Shown: piece after piece, positions 1 through 11,340 of the stretch
Layout: each line of letters starts with the position of its first letter
Position numbering within the stretch: the first letter of the stretch is position 1
NCBI GenBank assembly: GCA_030390025.1
Contig: CM059425.1
Location: 165,852,001-165,916,000, forward strand
Direction of reading: 5' to 3'
DNA length: 64,000 bases
From: Squalus acanthias
Taxonomy: Eukaryota
Position numbers and translations under genes: made by a program
The notes under the pieces: model-generated
Told to the model about the DNA's origin: nothing
Seen by the model: the letters and a program-made list of their open reading frames with translations, nothing else
The model's database searches: none

Positions 1-284
1 ATAGGGAGTTAGGAGGTAAATTAAAAAAGAGGACCTCAAAGGTAGTAATCTCAGGATTGCTACCAGTGCCACGTGCTAGTCAGAGTAGAAATAGGAGGAT
101 ATTTCAAATGAATACGTGGCTAGAGGAATGGTGCAAGGGGGAGGGATTCAAATTCCTTGGACATTGGAACCGGTTCTGGGGGAGATGGGACCAGTACAAA
201 CGGGACGGTCTGCACCTGGGCAGGGCCAGGACCGATGTCCTAGGGGGAGTGTTTGCTGGTGCTGTTGGGGAGGGTTTAAACTAA
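1..284 (+). CDS. CR1 ORF1 C-terminus, SGNH esterase-like domain (partial)
   Basis: ISGLLPVP...MNTWLEEWC..EGFKF..HW..FW...RDGLHL matches the esterase domain of CR1 ORF1 with its DxxH motif. Confidence 0.85.
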   Translation, partial: RELGGKLKKRTSKVVISGLLPVPRASQSRNRRIFQMNTWLEEWCKGEGFKFLGHWNRFWGRWDQYKRDGLHLGRARTDVLGGVFAGAVGEGLN

Positions 285-470
285 AGTGGCAGGGGGTTGG
301 GAACCTGAGCAGGGAGACAGAGGAAAGGGAAATAAGGATAAAAGCTAAAGACAGGAAGGAGAAAAACAAAAGTAGAAGGCAAAGAACTCAATGGTTTAAA
401 TCAAACATGGTCACAGTAAATAATAATTCATATAGGTCTGAGAGCGTTAAAAAAAACAAGCCTGAAGGCT

Positions 471-3401
471 TTGTGTCTTAATGCAAGGAGCATTCGGAAC
501 AAGGTGGATGAATTAGCTGCGCAAATAGAGGTAAATGAATACGATTTGATTGGGATTACAGAAACATGGCTCCAGGGTGGCCAAGGCTGGGAACTCAACA
601 TCCAGGGTTATTCAATATTTAGGAAAGATAGGCAAAAAAGAAAGGGAGGTGGGGTAGCATTGCTGGTTAAAGAGGGGATTAACACAATTGAAAGGAAGGA
701 TATTAGCTCTGATGATGCGGAATCTGTATGGGTAGAACTGAGAAATAACAAGGGGCAGAAAACGTTAGTGGGAGTGGTATATAGACCTCCAAACAGTAAT
801 ACGGAGGTTGGGGACGGCATTAAAAGGGAAATTAGAGAAGCATGCAGTAAGGGCACAGCAGTCATCATGGGTGACTTTAATTTACATATAGATTGGGCTA
901 ACCAAATTAGTAAAAATACTGTGGAGGAGGAATTCCTAGAATGTTTACGAGATGGTTTTCTGGAACAATATGTCGAGGAACCAACCAGAGATCAGGCCAT
1001 CTTAGACTGGGTATTATGCAACGAGAAAGGATTAATTAGCAATCTTGTTGTACGAGGCCCCTTGGGTCAGAGTGATCATAATATGATAGAATTCTTCATT
1101 AGGATGGAGAGTGAAGTAGTTGAATCAGAGACTAGGGTCCTGAATTTAAATAAAGGAAACTACGATGGTATGAGGCGCGAATTGGGTAGGATTGATTGGG
1201 GAATGTCACTCAAGGGGTTGACGGTGGATAGGCAATGGCAAACATTCAAAGACTGCATGGATGAACTACAGAATTTGTACATCCCAGTGTGGCATAAGAA
1301 TAAAACAAAAAGGGTGACTCAACCGTGGCTAACAAGGGAAATTAGGGATAGCATAAGATCCAAGGAGAGGGCATATAAATTGGCCAGAAAAAGCGGTAGC
1401 CCTGAGGATTGGGAGCAGTTTAGGATTCAACAAAGGAGGACAAAGGGATTAATTAAGAAGGGGAAAATAGAATATGAAAGTAAGCTTGCTGGGAACATAA
1501 AAACTGACTGTAAGAGCTTTTATAGATATGTGAAGAGAAAAAGATTAGTGAAATCAAGTGTAGGTCCCTTGCAGTCAGAAGCGGGGGAAGTTATAATGGG
1601 GAACAAAGAAATGGCAGCCCAATTAAATGCATATTTTGGTTCTGTCTTCACAAAGGAGGACACAAATAACCTCCCAGAGATGTTGGAGAACATACGGTCT
1701 GATGAAAGGGAGGAACTGAAAGAAATCAGTATTTGCAGGGAAATGGTGTTAGGGAAATTGACGGTATTGAAGGCCGATAAATCCCCAGGGCCTGATAATC
1801 TACATCCTAGGGTACTTAAGGAAGTGGCCCTAGAAATAGTAGATGCATTGCTGATCATCTTCCAACATTCGATGGAATCTGGAACTGTACCCATGGATTG
1901 GAGGGTAGCTAATGTTACCCCACTATTCAAAAAGGGTGGTAGAGAGAAAGCGGGGAATTACAGACCGGTAAGCCTGACATCGGTAGTGGGGAAAATGCTA
2001 GAGTCCATTATAAAGGATGTAATAGCTGAGCATTTGAAAAACAGTGACAGGATCGGACAAAGTCAACATGGATTTACAAAAGGCTAAATCGTGCTTGACT
2101 AATCTACTGGAATTTTTTGAGGATGTAACTGGGAAAATAGATAAGGGAGAACCAGTAGATGTGGTGTATTTGGACTTTCAAAAGGCTTTCGATAAGGTCC
2201 CGCATAAGAGATTAGCGGGTAAAGTTAAGGCACATGGGATTGGGGGCAAGGTATTGACTTGGATAGAGAACTGGTTGGCGGACAGAAAGCAGAGAGTAGG
2301 AATTAATGGGTCTTTTTCCGAGTGGCAAGCAGTGACTAGTGGGGTACCGCAGGGATCGGTCCTTGGACCCCAGCTATTCACAATATACATTAATGATCTA
2401 GATAAGGGAATTAAATGTAATATCTCCAAGTTTGCAGATGACACAAAGCTGGGTGGGAGTGTGTGCAGCGAGGAGGATAGCGAGAAACTCCAGGATGATC
2501 TGGACAGGTTGGGTGAGTGGGCAGAAGCGTGGCAGATGCAATATAACGTGGATAAGTGCGAGGTTATCCACTTTGGTGTCAAAAACAGAAAGGCAGACTA
2601 TTATCTGAATGGCAATAGATTGGGAGAAGGGGAAGTGCAACGAGACCTGGGTGTCCTTGTGCACCAGTCGCTGAAAGTAAGCATGCAGGTGCAGCAGGCG
2701 GTGAAGAAGGCAAATGGTATGTTGGCCTTCATAGCGAAAGGGTTTGAGTATAGGAACAGGGATGTCCTGCTGCAGTTGTACAGGGCCTTGGTGAGACCAC
2801 ACCTTGAGTACTGTGTGCAGTTTTGGTCGCCTTATCTGAGGAAGGATGTTCTTGCCATGGAAGGAGTTCAGCGAAGATTCACAAGGCTGATACCTGGGAT
2901 GGCAGGAATGACATATGAGGAGAGATTGGGTCGATTGGGCTTATACTCACTGGAGTATAGAAGAATACCTATCTGTGATAGATAGTAGATTGGCGGTTAG
3001 GATCAGATCAGCCATGATCTTATTGAATGGCGGAGCAGGCTCGAGGGGCCGATTGGCCTACTCCTGCTCCTATTTCTTATGTTCTTATGTTCTTAATGAG
3101 AGGGGATCTAATCGAAACATATAAAATTCTGACAGGTCTGGACAAACTAGACGCAGGAAGAATGTTCCCGATGGTCGGAGAGTCCAGAACCAGGGGTCAT
3201 AATCTACGGATAACGGGTAAACCATATAGGTCAGAAATGAGGAAGAATTTCTTCACCCAGAGAGTGGTGAACCTGTGGAATTCTCTACCACAGAAGGTAG
3301 TTGAGGCGAAGTCATTAAATATATTCAAGGATAAGTTAGATATATTTCTTAAAGCTAAAGGTATCAAGGGATATGGGGAGAAGGCAGGTACAGGGTACTG
3401 A
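471..3401 (+). pseudogene. CR1 ORF2 (APE endonuclease + reverse transcriptase), disrupted
   Basis: Motifs [46 protein letters not shown]. One +1 frameshift near 2085 (HGFTKG|KSCLTNL) and a 128-bp insertion at 2967-3094. Confidence 0.93.
2967..3094 (+). mobile_element. Short retroposon (CR1/HE1-type 3' tail) nested in CR1 ORF2
   Basis: Interrupts AGAAGAAT|GAGAGGGG with AAT duplicated on both sides and ends in (TTCTTATG)n. Confidence 0.85.
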
Positions 3402-3499
3402 GTTTAGATGATCAGCCATGATCTCATCGAATGGCGGAGCAGGCTCGAGGGGCCGAATGGCCTACTCCTGCTCCTATCTTCTATGTAATCTATGTAACT

Positions 3500-3768
3500 C
3501 CCACCTCAGGTTCAAAGACATGGTCCCCGAGCAGTGTGGACCCCGTGGGTGAGCAGTTAAAGTTCAAAGGTAAGGTTAAAAGCATTATTAAGGGTCTGTC
3601 AACAACCCAATAATTGGTTTAATTGGGTTGGATTGGATCAGAGATCATACACACGCCTGTGGGAAAGGGTTCCCGACCCGCTGTCAAAAAAATCAAAATT
3701 CCCATCCGACCCGTCACCGATCCTGCCCGCTGACACCCCCCCCCCCCCGCCACCGGAAAATTCCGGCC
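3500..3768. mobile_element. Right end of a Harbinger-type MITE, probably the target of the CR1 insertion
   Basis: Ends GGAAAATTCCGGCC|ATT, the same terminal pattern as other MITEs in this window. Confidence 0.55.
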
Positions 3769-4289
3769 ATTGTCTGGGAAGGGCATTTGCAATTTAGCTT
3801 CAACTTTGAAATTAAGCTTCAGTGAAATTTAAGAGGCTTAAATCTGAACATTGTATTTGCTTGATTGTTTTGCCTCTCTGACTAATGGATATTCCACCTC
3901 CTAATTTTTTTAAAAATCAGCTTAATTCATCCAAAGACTTGAACATTCGTTGATAGCACTGCTAAGACTTCATCAGTTTATTTATTTTTTTCAATTGGAT
4001 CACAGATGAGCCAAAGAGCGAGTGTTTAAATCCCTACGTCTTATTCTTGCATGTTAATCGTGATATATGGTGATAGCAATAATGTGAGAGGTGATGTGGG
4101 CTTGTTGACTTTAGCTGGGGAAATAAAGTAGAGAAACCAAGTTTGAGCATATTCTCCAATTTGATGCAAAACATAATAGAGATCTTGCTTTTAGCCTTAC
4201 TAGTCCTTAAAGGGAGCAAAGTAAACCAAGCAGAATGGAAAATGTACTGAATCAAAATGTTTACAGTCCATTTAAAAAAAAACATTCTC

Positions 4290-5010
4290 TGGTTATGCTA
4301 ATTAGCCATAAATGGCTGGAGTCCTACCTGGCACAAAGGAAAGAAGGTTGTGGTTGCATGCAGGAAGACCTGGACAACATCCAGGCTTGGGCTGATACGG
4401 GGGAATAATATTTGTGGCCCATAAGTGACAGGCAATGACAATCTTCAACAAAAGAGAGACTAACCCCCTAACCTCTCCACTACCTGTAAGGCACAAGTCA
4501 GGAGTGCAATGGAATACTCTCCAATTGCCTGGATGGGTTAGCTCTAACAACACTCAGAAACCTTTACACCATCCAATCTGCTTGATCGGCACCTCATCCA
4601 TTAGCCTAAACATCCACCCCCTCCACTATTGGCGTACCACAGCTGCGGTGTGTGCTATCTACAGGATGCACTGCAGCAAGTCATCAAGGCATCTTTGGCA
4701 GCATCTCCCAAACCATGACGTCCACTACCTAGAAGGACAAGGGCAGCAGGTACATGATATACACCATCACCTCCAAGTTCCCCTCCAAGTCGCACGCCAT
4801 CCTGATTTGGAAATATATTGCCGTTCCTTCAGCGCCGCTGGGTCAAAATCCTGGAACTCGCTAACAACATTTTGGGAGCACCTTCACCACATGGACTGTA
4901 GCGATTCAAAACGAAGGCTCACCATCACCTTCTCAAGGGCAACCAGGGACGGGCAATAAATGCCAGCCTTGCCAGCAATGCTCACATCCTGAGAATGAAT
5001 AGTAAAAGAA
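4290..5010 (+). mobile_element. Old, internally deleted copy of CR1-group LINE family B
   Basis: Similar to 18700-19765 (HPLHYWRT..VCAIYRMHCS, GSKSWNSL, CAAGGGCAACCAGGGACGGGCAATAAATGCC tail). Confidence 0.85.
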
Positions 5011-5019
5011 AAATAACTA

Positions 5020-5250
5020 CCGAGCTAGATCCTGTCCATGTGCACTTTCAACAGGAGTTACTGGGAAGTGATCAGGAGAGAAAATCCTGGCTGATATTTT
5101 TTTCTTCCCTAGCCCAGGGATACTGAGGCACCCCCATCCAATGCTCCATTTAAGATCAGTTAGCTAAGCACAGACTGGAGATTAAGCCTGGGATCTTCTT
5201 GACCTGTATGGGTCAATATCCTAACAGTCAGTAAATTTACCCACTAAGCT
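5020..5250 (-). mobile_element. SINE family X fragment (tRNA-headed, unassigned)
   Basis: Reverse complement resembles 28693-29010, 36630-37375 and 50745-51110 (GCCTCAG..CCCTGGGCTAGGGA..AAAATCAGCCAGG). Confidence 0.55.
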
Positions 5251-5270
5251 GATAATAGAGAACACGAATA

Positions 5271-5570
5271 ACTTCCTCAAGATGTCCCAAAATGTTTCAC
5301 AGCCAATGATGTACTTTTGAAGTGTAGTCACTGTTGTATTGCACAGAAAACATGGCAGCCAATTTGCGCACATCAAGATCTCATAAACAGCAATGAGATA
5401 AATGATTTGATAATCTTCTATTATAGTGCTGTTGGTTGAGGGATACATGTTGGCCAGGATATTGGGAGAACTTCCCTGCCATTCTTCAAATAGTGCCATG
5501 GGATCTTTTATGTCCACCTAAGGGGGCAGAAGGGATCTGGTTTAATGTCTCCCCAGAAGATGACAGCTGC
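5271..5570 (-). mobile_element. Deu-domain SINE (SacSINE1/AmnSINE1-like)
   Basis: Minus strand reads AAAAGATCCCATGGCACTATTTGAAGAA...CCCTCAACCAAC...AAATTGGCTGCC...GACTACACTTCAAAAGTAC. Confidence 0.75.
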
Positions 5571-6337
5571 GCTATATGGCCCCTTCTGTCAGGGAGAGGT
5601 GGTGGTGACTTTACAATACTTGAAACAGTTGGTTCCTTTTTGATTGGAACATTTTGGTTGGGGGTGGTGGGGGGGGACTTGAGTCGGAACCACAGTTGTG
5701 CTTGTGATATTTATACCGTCACTGTGAAAGCTCCATAATAGGAAGTTCAGTTACAACAGACGAGCAGAAGACCCCCTCCCCCACCCCCGTGGAAATTCTA
5801 AATGTGTTGTCCTGAGTATTACTCATTAAGATACTGGTGTAATATGTCACTAGAGGCACCATAGAAACAAGGTAAATATTATAGTAGTATCAAGTGGAAA
5901 AAAAATGAGGTACTCAACTCCTTTTCATTGGTCTGTTGGATTCATTATTTTCTCCAAGTCTAGGATATGAAGAAGGCCCTGACATTTTCACTAGTGAAAT
6001 TTTCAAATTAATGAAAATATCGGATCAAGATTTTATTCAGCGATTATATATTTGTGTACTGTAGACAGAAATGATTATGTTGTGCCAGTGTCAGATCATT
6101 AATATTGTTGACTATGAACATCCATTGAGGACATACTGATTTGAAAACAGAATCCTCCGGAACTTGAACGCATAGGAAGAGAGAATTCCCATTTTTTATG
6201 GTTAATGCTTTACCTGTGAATGAATTTTGATTGTCAAGTATGTATCAAATGTACTGCTCAGATGATCATATTTCACCCTCTTGCAAGGTAGTAACAGAGA
6301 GCCATCTATAGTATTACACTGTTTTGTTTCACGATAT

Positions 6338-7110
6338 AATCATGAAAGTTGGAGGTTAGCTAATGAAAGCTGTCAGATTTGCTGATGATAAAGCCTTGGT
6401 AGCAAGTACCATGAATGGACTACAGTGCTTGGTAGATAGCGTGAATGCTGCAGTAATGGATTATGAAATGAAGATAAATGTGGGTTAGACCAAAGCTATG
6501 AAGGTTTCTAGGAAAGCAGGTGAAAGAATGAGCATTTTAATAAACGAGGAACAGTTGGATCAGGTGAGACAATTTAAATATTTGGGAAGTATAATGACTG
6601 AAGATCACAGATGTGCCAGGGAGGTGAGAGCTAGGAATACAATGGGAAAAGTTGCATTTAATAGAAGGAAAAGGATATTGACTATGAATAGAGAGCTGAA
6701 GAAAAGATTAGTGAAGAGTTTTATAGTGGGTATGATGCTATATGTTGTTGAAACATGGGTGCTGAGGAAAGAGGAGGTCAGACTTCTAGGGAGCTTTAAG
6801 TTGTAGTTTTGGAGACTCACGGAGAAAGTAAAGTAGATAAGAAAAGTAATGAGATGGTGTTGGCAATGATACATGAAGAACGTAGTTTGATGACAAATGA
6901 ATTGGATTGGGTGTGTGCTAAGGGTGGATGGGATGCTGAAAGAGGTGACAGGACGGATGGAAGGAAAAAGACAGAGCGAGGAAAAGGTGGATGCTTCTAA
7001 CCACCTGAAGAAGGGAGATTGTATGGAAAATTATGATAGAAGCACAAAACAGAGTTGTTCAAAAGGGAGAATTGAGCCAGTACCTGCCTTAGGCAGACCG
7101 ATGATGATGA
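6338..7110 (+). mobile_element. RTE-clade LINE 3' fragment, decayed
   Basis: VRFADDKALVA...MKIN..TKAM...QVRQFKYLGS...EVRAR..MGKVAF...MLYVVETW; ends in (GAT)n. Confidence 0.85.
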
Positions 7111-7563
7111 AACTATTTCTATTCACTTCTATGTAATTATCACATTTTCAATCATAAAAATAGCTTGAGCATTGCAAACTAGCCTCCTGAGAGAAATATA
7201 TTTTAATGAGAAGCAGGTTTTCTTTAAAAGAAGTGCTATAATTTCTGGTAGGACTGTACAGTGGAACCTTCTAATTATCTTGCCCAATTTGCCATGGGCA
7301 TCTAAAAACAAATAGAAAAGGCAAGAATCAGAACTAGAAATTAATGGTGAATAAAATGAAACTAATTGAGGCCAGTTTACAGAACACTGCATTTGAAGGA
7401 AGTATAATACAACTGAAAAGTGGAAGCATTGTTCCAGTACAGGAGTGCAGGTTTTAAGGCATTAACAAAGTCAGTTATTCTTGCACACATGGGCCTAGTT
7501 GCCGATATTAGCAGATGAGCATTTAATGTGTTCATATGACATCCTCTGTCTGATATTTTAATG

Positions 7564-7767
7564 ATGTGGAGATGCCGGTGTTGGACTGGGGTGGACAAAT
7601 GTGAGAAGTCGCACAACACCAGGTTATAGTCCAACAGTTTTATTTGAAATCACAAGCTTTCGGAACGCTGCTCCTTTGTCAGGTGACGAAGGAGCAGCGC
7701 TCCGAAAGCTTGTGATTTCAAATAAAACTGTTGGACTATAACCTGGTGTTGTGCGACTTCTCACATT
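7564..7767. mobile_element. Mini Penelope-like insertion made of an inverted pLTR (86-bp arms)
   Basis: Arms 7596-7681 and 7684-7769 with 2 mismatches. TGATATTTTAATG is duplicated at 7551-7563 and 7768-7780. Hammerhead-like core (C)TGACGA-AGGAGCAGCGCTCC-GAAAGCTT. Confidence 0.8.
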
Positions 7768-9360
7768 TGATATTTTAATGGCCAGAAGCAAATAACAGGA
7801 TGTGGTGTTTTCCTCGCCCATGCTGGTTACTGGTTCAGTTCTGATAGCACAGCTCAGTTCTTTTTTTCATCAGCAACAGTGATTTCTCTTGTTAGCAATC
7901 CAGATAAGTTTCATTAGCTCCGTTTGGCTTGCATTAAAATTGTAGACAGAAGAATGACATACAGACATGTTAAATGTTCAGCCAGCAGTTATTCCTAGGA
8001 TATGGTGTCAATGAAACAGGAACAATCACGCTGAATAGATTGGGTGTTAAAACGTTATATTAATATAGTTGTGGCAAGATAAGACGTTTTAACCTTGAGA
8101 AACAAAAGTCATTCTAGCCAAAATGTCCACGTAAATGGACGCAGATGGAATTCAGTTTTACCGGCATGGCAAAGATAGGAGAGACATGTCTGGGTCTTAA
8201 ACAGAGGACAGGGAGGAGACAATATGAGAAAGTCCAGTGTTAAAGTCGGAGGTCCTGTGGTGAGATACAGTTGACTTCTAGACATGGTGGAGCACTGGCA
8301 AACCAATGTCCAGGTTTGGAGACAGTTGTGGAGATGTAATGGATTCCAGGAGCTGTTTGAAGCAAAGTATCAGTGGGCACAGTACTGAAGATGGTCCAGT
8401 GGAATCAGAGGGCCAAGGAGGAATGGAGAATCAACTATGAGCCAGCAGAGGTTGATCTAGGGGTCCAGAGGAGGTGCATAGTGACCTCAGGTATTAGCAC
8501 TGTGCACCAGCAGATCCAGCACAACAGAGGAGTGAAACCCAAGGACCAAGAGCACTGAAGCCCAGGGAGCCAGGGGAGAGTTAAAGGTAAAACCACAGAA
8601 TCAATGCACGTGAGGAAGCTGGTCCAAGTTACAGCTGTTGGGAAGTGGGGAGCATGCAAAATCAGGAGCTTGAGGTGCTGGTCCAAGCCAGTCCAGGGAA
8701 GGGTGAAGGAGGAGTTCTCAAAGATGAGTGAAGTCAGCAGCCACAGAAGCAAGTGGAAAGCAGCAAAGCATAGATCATTCAGCATCAAGGGAACAGAATC
8801 AACGCAGGAACGGATCAGAGCTAGCTCAGCCTGGAGTGAAAAATTCCCAGCAGAAAATTAGAAAACTGAGCCCACACAAGCAGCTTCAGAGGGCGAGAAC
8901 AAATAGAGGAAGGTCACATAACAATACCCTTTGGTTCCAGTTATTTTTTTTTGATAACTATAAATCATGTATAACCACAATGTTGGCCATTTCTGTCCTT
9001 GAACATTCTTGTTCTTAGCCACAAGCCTTTTAAGTACTCTCATATGATCCACACATCTGCTGATGTTCAGGAGTATATAGGTGAGAGTTTCTCAATATTA
9101 GTTAGGCCTGTTTAACTTCATATATCTTGGATTTCTCTATAATATGACAACCTGGGTTTAACTCTTGTTCTGTATAATTTGTGAACCATTTGAGACCATG
9201 GTTTTGTACCATCTGAAGCATCTCACTTTAAGACTGTCATGCTGTTCTCATTTCTACTCATTGTGCTTCACAATCTAATGGTGGACGAACCTTATGTTGT
9301 TTGACATTCTGGTATGGCAGTTCTAAGATCCCATGTAGTTATACCTGAAGTTAAATCATA

Positions 9361-9727
9361 GGGCTGGATTTTCATTGACCCGTGGAGGCGAGTTTGGAGG
9401 CGTGTGGGGGGTTAAAATTGCAAAAACTGGCGGGCGGGCACAAGTCCGCCTCCATCCCGCCTCCACGCAATTTTCATTAAATCGTGTCTGCTGGTCCCGA
9501 CTCCGTCCCGCCTCTAAGAGACGGGATAGGCTGTTAAGGCTCTTAACAAGCACTAAATTGGCTCTATAATGCCATTTTGAAAGGCCTTTGTGATTTTAAC
9601 CCTTGTTCTCCGTGAAGCACGCCTGTTCTGAAACACGATTGTGAAATCTGGCGGGAGCACATTTGGATAGCTGACTATCAGTGGCTGGCAGAGCCATATC
9701 TGGCAGTGGTGGTGCAAAAAAAATTAT

Positions 9728-9767
<40 letters not shown>

Positions 9768-10038
9768 AGACTGAGAGCTGCTGCTCATTTTGCATCCAGG
9801 TCCTCTCTCAGCAAAGGCCAGGCAGTCTCTGACCTTCAATGCAGCAGTAATGATGACCTCATCAGAGGCGACTTTCAGACTGAAACCACTAATTGGTTCA
9901 TGGGTTCCCACATGCTGGAACTCAATTGCCCAATTAGGTGAAAATTGCATCAATCTCCCACATCCAATTGCAGTTGGGTGGATAACACGAAAAGCAGATG
10001 ACACGACCCCAACCCGCCCCAGTATCAAAATCCAGCCC
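9361..10038. mobile_element. PIF/Harbinger-type MITE
   Basis: 12-bp TIR GGGCTGGATTTT / AAAATCCAGCCC; flanks ATA / ACA; internal (TG)n at 9731-9763. Confidence 0.75.
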
Positions 10039-10792
10039 ACAGTGTTGAAATTCTTACAATCTGGATAAAACTTTTTTGATATTTTTAAAAAGCTTTGGTT
10101 TTCTTTGTAGGAAAGATATTCACCAGTCGACACAGTTGTTAGTTTTATTTGATGACAAAGCTTAAGTAGGTCTATTATTAAGCAACTTTATGGGAAGAAG
10201 TACAATAAAAAAAAATCATGCTATTCTCCTTTAATGGTTGTGAAGCACAGGAGCTCGAGTACGGCTTTGACTGGTAGGACATTGGTCCCACTGCAGCAAG
10301 CCCATTTTTGTTGTGGGCCAATATACTGTATAAAGGTTTCTTTTGATTCTATTTGCAAGGCAGTTGTGTAGAAAAATGTAGATACTTTTACAAAGCATTG
10401 TTGATCTGACAGCTCAATGTGTCAATTTCTTTAGGGCTTCTATGCTGCAAGCTGGCTTCAATTTGAGTCATTGGGCTTGCCCTTTCTTCATTTTCCATGC
10501 TGTGTTAATATAATGAATTTGTATGTGGACGTTGAGAAATACTATTACACCACCCATAGTCTGCTTCATTATTTGAATGGAGTTCAATCTCTGTCCATGA
10601 TTCCTTTTCTGACCTGCAGCAACCTGTCTTTACATGTGTTTCTGGCTTTGATGCATCGGCTCAATCTCTCGTCTTACCCCCTTCAGAACAGCTTAAGTGC
10701 ATTACCAGATGGGCTAGGGGAGGATCAAGTTCTTGAGTGGGCCTGACTTTTAAATGTACAATCATCCAGCAATTGTGTTTTTCCCTGTTTAG

Positions 10793-10859
10793 ATGATGGC
10801 CTGTTCATTCACTTGTGAAGTTGAATTACCTTCAAAGTATGAGGAAGTTCATACCAAAG
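10793..10859 (+). other. Candidate host exon (MMACSFTCEVELPSKYEEVHTK)
   Basis: Acceptor TTTTTCCCTGTTTAG and donor AAG|GTAAGT; only one frame is open. No homology recognised. Confidence 0.45.
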
Positions 10860-11340
10860 GTAAGTAATCTAACATTTTGTTCAAGTTGCTGGCTTTTTCA
10901 TGGGGGGAGAAATCGCTTTGTGAAGATCAATAGTTAATGTACAAAGGACAGGCTTTGTGGCACTGAGATAAACCACACAACTAATGAGCTTGCTCCACTG
11001 AATTATTGCTTCACAGTTACTGAGACCAAGCCTTGCTCTAGTTGGATAGTTGTCTAATGAATTTGTAATTAATAGACAGAGTTTGATGATTATGTCTCAC
11101 TGTGGTTTTGCACCCTGCTTTTAACAAATTGGCTATTGTATAAGTGTCACTGGATAGCTAACAATTAAATCCACCTCACTGTGTAATTTAGAATAGATTA
11201 GTTATTTATTTTTGTTAGGTCCAACTGCAAAGAAAATTATCCCTTCACAAGTTTATTTTCTAACCCAGATGAATTCTGGAGAAGGGGGAATGATAGTTAG
11301 CAGCAGCAAGTGGTACAGTTTGTTGGATGTCCAAAATATT

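Larger units (their letters stand above)
1..3497 (+). mobile_element. CR1 (HER1-like) LINE, near complete, 5' part cut by window edge
   Basis: ORF1 C-terminus, then APE-RT ORF2, then 3'UTR GATCAGCCATGATCTCATCGAATGGCGGAGCAGGCTCGAGGGGCCGAATGGCCTACTCC and a (CTATGTAAT)-type tail. The same tail recurs at about 35060, 41300 and 47750. Confidence 0.95.

Noticed and set aside
608..2802. Antisense ORFs within CR1 (and similar ones in other LINE and Penelope copies)
   Set aside because: Expected shadow frames of retroelement coding sequence.
8045..8925. Possible solo LTR (purine-rich block ending ATAACA)
   Set aside because: No matching TSD or defined left terminus, and no second copy in the window.
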